The translations under genes were made by a program, and so were the position numbers. A stretch of 64,000 nucleotides of DNA from an uncultured virus (IMG/VR IMGVR_UViG_2912893941_000001). Its lineage: Duplodnaviria > Heunggongvirae > Uroviricota > Caudoviricetes. Below are positions 57,112 through 64,000 of this stretch, one piece after another (the stretch's first letter is position 1; every line of letters begins with the position of its first letter). The stretch spans positions 1 through 64,000 of the IMG/VR virus record IMGVR_UViG_2912893941_000001; one strand, 5' to 3'. Below the pieces are notes generated by a model. The model was not told where the DNA came from, made no database searches, and was given only the letters and a program-made list of their open reading frames with translations.

Positions 57112-59676
57112 ATGCCGAAATTTCCGTACAGAAAGGCCGGGGCAGCGTGGGACCGTGTTTTTCGTAACGACCACAACCAGAACCTCGATGACATTGCGGA
57201 CGATATTAAAGGGTCATATGCGGAACTGGCCGCACATAAGAACGCTAAAACCGCCCACACGTCGGATCAAATCGACCACGGCGGTTTTTCTTTGCGTAAT
57301 TATATCGATGGCTTATACAACCGCATAAAAAATCTCATTCTTAATGCCGACGGGACAAATGTAAAAGAAGTAGTGGACGCCCGTGTTAATGCTGATGGGG
57401 AAATTGCCCCACTGTTGAAAGAGCGTCTTGATAAGGAATATAACAAACTTCTACGTAAGATCACCAGAAACGTTAACGTAGACGACTACGGGGCCGACCC
57501 AACCGGAGAGACAGACAGCACAGAAGCATTCAAAAGAGCGATCGGAAACGGAAAGGTGCGGCTCAATCTATCAGCCGGAGAATACGTGATAAGGGGCGTA
57601 AAGCTGCCGTCATGGACATATTTGATCGGCCAGGGCATGGGCGTCACCACGCTAAAACTGCACGAGGACACGCCGGCCAGTGAGTGGGTTGTCACAAATG
57701 CTGATCATGCGAAAGGCAACCGGAATATCGTTGTGGAAGGTATGTCGCTTGACTGGAATCCTGATCGTCAGGGCGGAGTAGGCGCAACGGGAGGTGTACA
57801 TTCAAGCTGTCTTCTTTTCGCACAAGTAAAGTTTGGTATTGCGCGCGGCGTTGAAGGCATTAATCCCGGCTTACATTGTTTCGATGTATCAGCGCCTTCT
57901 TATGACATCACAGCAAAAGATTACACGGCAACGGGGAGCAAATATATTTGGATCGACAAGTGTGTCGGTTCGGGGTATGGTGACGACGGCATTACGACCC
58001 ATTACAGCGAGTATATTTTCATCACAAATAATGTGATGACAAACCCGCGCGGCACTGCCCACCGTAAAGGGGGAGCCAATTCAAACGGAATTGAAGTGGA
58101 CGACGGCTCTAAGCATGTCTGGGTTATAGATAATTATACAGAGGGGAATGTGCGGGGCGTAGAAGTAAAAGCCCACAAGAAATGGCCGGCACCTTGTGAC
58201 GTTCATATCCGCGGCCACGAATCTTTTCGTGACGTTCGCTCATTTGATTTACGGCATATTGATCACCATCTTGTAAAAGACCCTTGGAGCGAGACGGCTC
58301 GTGATGTGACGTTAGTAGATTGCACATCCCGGGAACCCGTCTATAATTCGCTTTATGAAGGATTAGCTCCGAAAGCCCTTGTCGTTTCAGCGTACCAGCG
58401 TGTTCAGATTATCGGATTCAAAGCCATAGGTGATCCAACATATGATTACAAAGACGGCTCGATCATTGCTTTCCAGTATAAGAGCAGGAAGATAACAGTA
58501 AACAACTTGCATATAACCGGGTTTAAAAAGGCTGATTGTGACATCTATATTACCGGCGGCGATCAGATGACTGACGATGTGTTTATTTCTGATTTTGTTA
58601 TCCATGATTCCGCAAGAACCGGCATCGCGATAGGGGGCGGTGTGTATAATGTCAACTTGTTAAATGGGCTTATGCATGTGGCAAGCGGAACGGCCGGCAT
58701 TACATCCCCGAACACCCAGACCAATATTTTTCTTGTCAGAGCTTACGGCTATAAAGATGCGGCTGTCATTGCGGGGGAAAAGCATTCAGTCGTTCCGAAT
58801 AACGTCAAGGGAGGCTTTCGAGCAGCTTCCGGCTCCGGTCATGCACTTACGAAGTACAGTGCGATTATTGCATGTACAGGACCAACGTATGCGAAGGGTG
58901 AGCGCAATTTGCTTGCAGGAAACGCCGGCGGCTCTTCCTCGGAAGGATCGCGCAACGGCGTCATGTTTTCATACGATTCTCATACAACAGGAGACGGGCC
59001 GTCCTCGGGTGTCATGTTCTCGAAGGCTACCAAGAATAGTAAATCTTACACATTGGTTTTAGGCCATGGAAACGGCAAAGCCTCGGAAGCCAACAAAAAA
59101 ATTGAATTAAACGCAAAGAATGGAACAGTCAAGGCTACTGGCGCAATAGAAAGTGTATCGAATTTAAAAGACTTGGCGGAGTATTTTGAATCAGCTGACG
59201 GAGCAAAGATAGAGGCATCTTATCTTGTAGCGTTAGAGGGGGACAAAATCCGAAAAGCGCAAGAAGGCGACAAGATACTCGGGGTCGTTTCTAAGACTGC
59301 CGGCGTTGTGCTTGGCGGAGCTGCCTTCTATTGGAATGATCGTTTTCTTCGTGATGAATTTGGCGGCATTATCTACCGGGAAGTATTTGACGGTGAGGAC
59401 ATCATTACGATTCCAGCTGAGAACCCGAACTATGATCCGGAAGCTGAGTACAAGCCACGAGAGGAACGAGACGAGTGGCATATTATTGGATTGATTGGTC
59501 AAGTGTTTGTGCGCGTTGATGATACCGTTAACGTCGGTGACAGTGTTTCAGCAGTTGACGGCATCGCGACAAAGGCGGAAAGCGGCGGATACGGAACTGT
59601 GATGAGATTTGAATCCCCGTACGATGCGGAAAAAGGATACGGTGTGGCGCAAATGATGGTTACACCGCAGCACTAA
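57112..59676 (+). CDS. Tail spike: beta-helix plus peptidase G2 chaperone (phi29 pre-neck appendage-like)
   Basis: VDDYGADPTG beta-helix start; DLAEYFES and IGLIGQV (G2) motifs. Confidence 0.85.
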   Translation: MPKFPYRKAGAAWDRVFRNDHNQNLDDIADDIKGSYAELAAHKNAKTAHTSDQIDHGGFSLRNYIDGLYNRIKNLILNADGTNVKEVVDARVNADGEIAPLLKERLDKEYNKLLRKITRNVNVDDYGADPTGETDSTEAFKRAIGNGKVRLNLSAGEYVIRGVKLPSWTYLIGQGMGVTTLKLHEDTPASEWVVTNADHAKGNRNIVVEGMSLDWNPDRQGGVGATGGVHSSCLLFAQVKFGIARGVEGINPGLHCFDVSAPSYDITAKDYTATGSKYIWIDKCVGSGYGDDGITTHYSEYIFITNNVMTNPRGTAHRKGGANSNGIEVDDGSKHVWVIDNYTEGNVRGVEVKAHKKWPAPCDVHIRGHESFRDVRSFDLRHIDHHLVKDPWSETARDVTLVDCTSREPVYNSLYEGLAPKALVVSAYQRVQIIGFKAIGDPTYDYKDGSIIAFQYKSRKITVNNLHITGFKKADCDIYITGGDQMTDDVFISDFVIHDSARTGIAIGGGVYNVNLLNGLMHVASGTAGITSPNTQTNIFLVRAYGYKDAAVIAGEKHSVVPNNVKGGFRAASGSGHALTKYSAIIACTGPTYAKGERNLLAGNAGGSSSEGSRNGVMFSYDSHTTGDGPSSGVMFSKATKNSKSYTLVLGHGNGKASEANKKIELNAKNGTVKATGAIESVSNLKDLAEYFESADGAKIEASYLVALEGDKIRKAQEGDKILGVVSKTAGVVLGGAAFYWNDRFLRDEFGGIIYREVFDGEDIITIPAENPNYDPEAEYKPREERDEWHIIGLIGQVFVRVDDTVNVGDSVSAVDGIATKAESGGYGTVMRFESPYDAEKGYGVAQMMVTPQH

Positions 59677-59692
59677 GGAGGGATAAGCGACG

Positions 59693-60970
59693 ATGTATAA
59701 AACGGGCAGCGTGCCGATCAACATTAATACAAATCCAATCAATGGCCGGAGTACAAATATACAATTTATGACGCAAGACACGGGCAGCGCAAAGCTGTTT
59801 TTTTCTTTTACAAAGGATGGTGTACCGTTGCCTCTGTCAGCCGTAGATGCAAAAATTGTCCTACTGTATGATGATGGATCGTTTTATAAAAAGAGCCTCA
59901 CCATCACTGACAAGGTAAACGGCACAGCGGAATATGTGTTGTCCAATGCAGAACTCAAGCATTACGGAACGGTTAAGGCGGAAATCAAACTATATTACAC
60001 GAACGGCCAAGCGCTGGCGACTTCATTTTTTACTTTCTCTATCGCCAAAACGTTAGAGGATCAGAACATCGTTCCGACAGCTGATTATTACATTGATGAT
60101 TTTGAAACGCTGAGAGACGGGATAAACCACATCGTCGAAGAAATCAGTCAGACTGTCGAGGAATTACAGAAGAAATTTGCCGATCTGGAAGCTATTGAAA
60201 CGAAAGAGGGCGCGCAGCAGAAGGCGGATGATGCAGAGGAAAAGGCCAGAGCTTATACGGATGAACATGCGAATGACGAAGAAAAGCACATTACAGCTGC
60301 CGAAAGAAAGGCGTGGAATGCCAAGGAAACTCCCTCCGGCGCGCAAAAGAAAGTAGACGCCCATGCGAACGATCAAGAAAAGCATGTTTCTTCAGCAGAT
60401 CGGAAGGCTTGGGACAGTAAAGAAACAGAAAGCGGGGCGCAAGAGAAGGTAAATACTCACGCCAATAATACGGACATTCATGTTACCAAACCTTTCAAAG
60501 ATACATTAGAAGAATTATCAAAGCTGTTCACAGCGGGTTTTAAAGATGAACTGGAAGAATTATTACGTCAGTTCACGGCCCATAATTACAACCAAGAACG
60601 ACATATTTCTAAAGCTGAACGGAAGACATGGAACGGAGCTGCCACCTATGCCAACATCATGCTGAAGAATGGAGCCGCCGCAGGGACGCGGACACCGATG
60701 TACGCAAAGTGGGGGGCGTTTTTAATCTTACGGGGGCATGTGAAAACAGACGCCGAAATTATATTCGGCTCCATCCCCGCGGAATACGCACCTGCTGGCG
60801 GTTCCGTTATAACAGTGCCGTTAAGTGGTACAGGCGGCACAGCCGATTTGATCATTTATGATAATGGGGATTTAAAAATAAAATACCCGGACCCGGCGGA
60901 CTCAAGTAAGATGGGCGGAGGCTACTATCTGGATGTGGTCGTCGGCTTTCAGGAAGGAGGGACAGCATGA
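59693..60970 (+). CDS. BppU-domain upper baseplate/fibre protein
   Basis: FMTQDTGSAKL; repeated H(I/V)..ERKAWN units. Confidence 0.8.
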   Translation: MYKTGSVPININTNPINGRSTNIQFMTQDTGSAKLFFSFTKDGVPLPLSAVDAKIVLLYDDGSFYKKSLTITDKVNGTAEYVLSNAELKHYGTVKAEIKLYYTNGQALATSFFTFSIAKTLEDQNIVPTADYYIDDFETLRDGINHIVEEISQTVEELQKKFADLEAIETKEGAQQKADDAEEKARAYTDEHANDEEKHITAAERKAWNAKETPSGAQKKVDAHANDQEKHVSSADRKAWDSKETESGAQEKVNTHANNTDIHVTKPFKDTLEELSKLFTAGFKDELEELLRQFTAHNYNQERHISKAERKTWNGAATYANIMLKNGAAAGTRTPMYAKWGAFLILRGHVKTDAEIIFGSIPAEYAPAGGSVITVPLSGTGGTADLIIYDNGDLKIKYPDPADSSKMGGGYYLDVVVGFQEGGTA

Positions 60971-61329
60971 TTCAGGTTTATGAATACGATGAAAATTTCA
61001 TTTTGACTAAACCCGTTCCGGTTGAGCCTGATGAAGAAGGGAACTACACAATCCCTGAGAATTGTACAACCGTCCAGCCTCCGTCTTTCATAAAGGCGAT
61101 GTATCATCCCGCTGAGAAGACATGGACGGAGGCGGCCACCCAGGAAGAAAAAAAAGCCCTGGAAAAGCAAATTGAAAGCGGGCGGGTGCCTTTTACCGTT
61201 GATGAATTGAAAGCTCAGAACGCGGCCATTACAGAACAACTTGCGGAAGCGCAAAGCCTTGCCGAGTCACAAGCGCAAATGATTGCCAATCTTTATCTAA
61301 TGCTGGCGGAGGGGGGGAAAGGGGTATGA
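60967..61329 (+). CDS. Tail fibre accessory protein
   Basis: YEYDENF and IPENCT motifs; position. Confidence 0.65.
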   Translation: MIQVYEYDENFILTKPVPVEPDEEGNYTIPENCTTVQPPSFIKAMYHPAEKTWTEAATQEEKKALEKQIESGRVPFTVDELKAQNAAITEQLAEAQSLAESQAQMIANLYLMLAEGGKGV

Positions 61330-61514
61330 TGGATTGGTTTACAAGCGTAAAAACCATCTACGGATGGGGGCCGCAGTATTACAGTAATGCAGACGTGGCC
61401 CGTTTTGTTGAGTGGGGAAGAATTACAGAAGATGAATACAAACAAATAACCGGCTTAACCTATCCGATGACAAAACAGCCTGTCAGTGTGGATTTAGGCG
61501 GCGCCGCAAACTGA
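61326..61514 (+). CDS. XkdX-family protein
   Basis: FVEWGRITEDEYKQITG. Confidence 0.85.
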   Translation: MMDWFTSVKTIYGWGPQYYSNADVARFVEWGRITEDEYKQITGLTYPMTKQPVSVDLGGAAN

Positions 61515-61565
61515 TCAACACCCGGAGAGGTGTTTTTTATTTTGCCTCGAAGGAGGTGATAACAA

Positions 61566-61988
61566 TTGGAGGGAATATACGTGTGGATGAATTTTGAGAG
61601 CTTACAGATCGCAAGAGCATATCTTTTTGGGGAGGTGAAATATCTTGATTTAATGCTGGTGCTGAACATCATTGACATCATTACCGGTGTGATAAAGGCA
61701 TGGAAATTCAAGGAGCTTCGGAGCCGTAGCGCATGGTTCGGCTATGTGCGTAAGATGCTCAGTTTCCTTGTGGTTATTGTGGCGAATGCTATTGATACGA
61801 TTATGGATCTGAACGGCGTCCTGACCTTTGCGACCGTTCTTTTTTATATTGCAAATGAAGGCCTTTCCATCACAGAGAATTTAGCGCAGATCGGCGTTAA
61901 AATTCCGGCCGTCATCACTGACCGGCTTCACGTAATTGAAAGCGACAACGATCAAAAAACAGAAAAAGACGATCAGGCCGCAGGTTAA
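61566..61988 (+). CDS. Holin (toxin secretion/phage lysis family)
   Basis: DIITGVIKA and ANEGLSITEN motifs. Confidence 0.88.
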   Translation: MEGIYVWMNFESLQIARAYLFGEVKYLDLMLVLNIIDIITGVIKAWKFKELRSRSAWFGYVRKMLSFLVVIVANAIDTIMDLNGVLTFATVLFYIANEGLSITENLAQIGVKIPAVITDRLHVIESDNDQKTEKDDQAAG

Positions 61989-62035
61989 TCCGGCGGCTTT
62001 TTTATATTTCAAAACAGAATAGGAGACGATGAAAC

Positions 62036-62938
62036 ATGGTGAAAATCACTAAAGACTTTATTCCAGTGGGGCACAATAACAGACCGGGATATGCAATGGA
62101 CCCGGCATACATCACCGTTCACAACACGGCGAACACGGCAAAAGGGGCAAGCGCAGCCATGCACGCCCGTTATGAGAAAAATCCAGAAACACCCACCAGC
62201 TGGCACTTTACAGTAGACGAGAAAGAGATATATCAGCATCTGCCATTGAATGAAAACGGATGGCACGCGGGAGACGGAAACCGCGGAACCGGGAACAGGA
62301 AATCTATCGGCATTGAAATCTGCGAGAATAGCGATGGAGATTTTGAGAAAGCCGTGGCGAATGCTCAATGGTTGATCAAAAAGCTCATGAAGGAGCAGGG
62401 GATTTCACTTGCAAACGTGGTACCTCATAAACATTGGTCAGGGAAACAATGCCCGCGCAAGCTGCTCGATCGATGGGACTCTTTTGAAGCTGGCATCAGC
62501 GGGGCATCGTCGTCTTCGCCAGAAACAAAGCCCGGGGCGACCTACACCGTTAAGAAAGGTGATACTTTATCCGAAATTGCACAGGGGACAGGCGTAAGTA
62601 TGGCAAACCTCCAGAAATGGAATAACATCAAAGACCCGAATAAAATTAAAGTGGGCCAAGTGCTGAAGCTCACGGGGGCATCCAGCTCTTCTAAGCCGTC
62701 ATCTAGTGGCAAGAAGTACGTTTACCTTCCGGCTTCTGCCGACTCATGGCGCATCTATTCGACTAACAAAGCGCCGGTTAAAGGGAATGAATGTGGATTC
62801 CTCCGTCCGAAGAAGTTCGGCGGCCTGAAGTACGAGGTTCTCGGAAATCCGCAGACCGACGTGTACACGATTAAGACGGATCAGTTCGGCAAGGTAAACG
62901 TTTATGCTGCGAAGTCCACAGGCGCAACAGTAAAGTAA
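62036..62938 (+). CDS. N-acetylmuramoyl-L-alanine amidase endolysin with LysM (XlyA-like)
   Basis: ITVHNT, WHAGDG, SIGIEIC and KQCP motifs; LysM YTVKKGDTL. Confidence 0.93.
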   Translation: MVKITKDFIPVGHNNRPGYAMDPAYITVHNTANTAKGASAAMHARYEKNPETPTSWHFTVDEKEIYQHLPLNENGWHAGDGNRGTGNRKSIGIEICENSDGDFEKAVANAQWLIKKLMKEQGISLANVVPHKHWSGKQCPRKLLDRWDSFEAGISGASSSSPETKPGATYTVKKGDTLSEIAQGTGVSMANLQKWNNIKDPNKIKVGQVLKLTGASSSSKPSSSGKKYVYLPASADSWRIYSTNKAPVKGNECGFLRPKKFGGLKYEVLGNPQTDVYTIKTDQFGKVNVYAAKSTGATVK

Positions 62939-62958
62939 ACGAAAAGGGAGACGATATT

Positions 62959-63216
62959 ATGGAAGAAGTATTAATTTTCGCGACTATCCTCGCGCCCATC
63001 TTAACGGCGCTCGTTCAACTCGTTAAGAAGACGATTAAGCTGCCGACGAATATTGTGCCGGCTCTCAGTTTCGTCATCGGTATCGGGTTGGGCGCGATTG
63101 CCTATCCGTTTACTGACCTCGACTTGGTGCTGCGTTTGTGGGCCGGCGGCTTTGCGGGTCTAGCAGCGACGGGTCTTTTTGAAATCGGAACAAAGCGAGA
63201 GGGAACTACGAAATAG
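62959..63216 (+). CDS. Second holin-like membrane protein
   Basis: Three TM segments; GLAATGLFE motif. Confidence 0.75.
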   Translation: MEEVLIFATILAPILTALVQLVKKTIKLPTNIVPALSFVIGIGLGAIAYPFTDLDLVLRLWAGGFAGLAATGLFEIGTKREGTTK

Positions 63217-63343
63217 AATAACGGAACTTTTTGCGGGCGCTTGCGTATGAATACGTAGGTGCCTGCGCTACATAACGAACAGGTATTGCGGAAAAAGATG
63301 GTCGGATAGTATAATTTAACTACGAATAGGGGAGGCGTGGAAT

Positions 63344-63709
63344 TTGGAGAAGATTACTGTTAAGGTGCTTATGTATTTGAGCGTCATTTGTTTAGTAGCC
63401 GGAATTATTGCGGGTTTTGTATTATACGATAAGGACGTAGCAGAAGATGCAAAAACGAGTAAAAAGGTAAGCGAAGAACTATACGATAATTCTGTCGCTC
63501 AAGCGCAATACAAAACGGACAAAGCACTTGCGAACAGTATGCAGTCTTCCGTGTTCTTTAGCGTCTTGGCCGGCTTAGTATCCGGCGCTATTCTTTTCGG
63601 GCTCGCGATCATTATTCGAATCTTAGATGAAGCGAATAGTAGAGCGCATGAGTCCGCGAGTGATCTACGATTAATAAAAAACGATATTCGCGAACAAACT
63701 GCGAAATAA
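63344..63709 (+). CDS. Two-TM membrane protein (moron)
   Basis: Own promoter TTGCGG-N18-TATAAT; GGAGG RBS. Confidence 0.7.
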   Translation: MEKITVKVLMYLSVICLVAGIIAGFVLYDKDVAEDAKTSKKVSEELYDNSVAQAQYKTDKALANSMQSSVFFSVLAGLVSGAILFGLAIIIRILDEANSRAHESASDLRLIKNDIREQTAK

Positions 63710-63724
63710 TAAACAGCCCCGTCC

Positions 63725-64000
63725 TTAACCGGATGGGGCGTTTTTTACGTTTATGATATCCGCAAACCTCACGAAATTAGTATCGCCCTTGGCGTCCTTC
63801 ACACGAAATTCCTTCCGTATGTGATCCACGTAATGAACTGCACCGATTACTTCGCGTATGTATCCGTCGTCATAAAGCTCGAACGACAAATCTGCGCCTA
63901 CTTCCATCGATTGCGCGACCGTCACTTCCATATCCTCGATCTGCTGCGCGTCCAGTTGCGGCTTCTCTACTTTAAGCTTGGCCTCAGCCAATCGCTGAAA
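63725..64000 (-). CDS. YolD-like protein, probably 5'-truncated by the window edge
   Basis: KPQLDAQQIEDM...YDDG...FADIINV. Confidence 0.75.
   Translation of the reverse strand, partial: FQRLAEAKLKVEKPQLDAQQIEDMEVTVAQSMEVGADLSFELYDDGYIREVIGAVHYVDHIRKEFRVKDAKGDTNFVRFADIINVKNAPSG

Larger units (their letters stand above)
1..64000. mobile_element. Temperate Bacillus siphovirus prophage, nearly complete; att sites not located
   Basis: Integrase at the left edge, then replication, arbitrium, packaging, head, tail and lysis modules in a coherent phage order. Confidence 0.95.

Noticed and set aside
60200..60640. Diversity-generating retroelement repeats in the BppU gene
   Set aside because: These are in-frame fibre repeats, and no reverse transcriptase was recognised in the window
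1..64000. attL/attR direct repeats
   Set aside because: None found by eye; the window starts at the integrase ORF and ends inside a gene, so the att sites probably lie outside

Overview
This window is a near-complete temperate Bacillus siphovirus/prophage of about 64 kb. Left to right it carries a tyrosine integrase, early and replication genes (DnaC-like loader, DnaB helicase, primase, SSB, PolA, RuvC), and an arbitrium cassette (aimR plus an unannotated aimP ending in ELRPGG) followed by a sigma-like factor. Next come nucleotide metabolism genes (nrdIEF, dut, thyX, dNMP kinase), a DNA methyltransferase, and an accessory region at about 33-39 kb. The window ends with head, tail and lysis modules and a YolD-like gene at the right edge. 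The most striking observation is a 27-aa ORF absent from the ORF track (34004-34087, MGMPRGANPLESAIRGAGPAESASRGA). It has a candidate promoter, a strong RBS and a terminator, and strings together GMPRGA (the SPbeta arbitrium peptide), SAIRGA (the phi3T peptide) and SASRGA, separated by xPxE linkers, with no signal peptide. It may be a signal-spoofing gene that pushes competing SPbeta-like phages into lysogeny or keeps them dormant. All protein-family calls come from motif recognition by eye; no searches were run.
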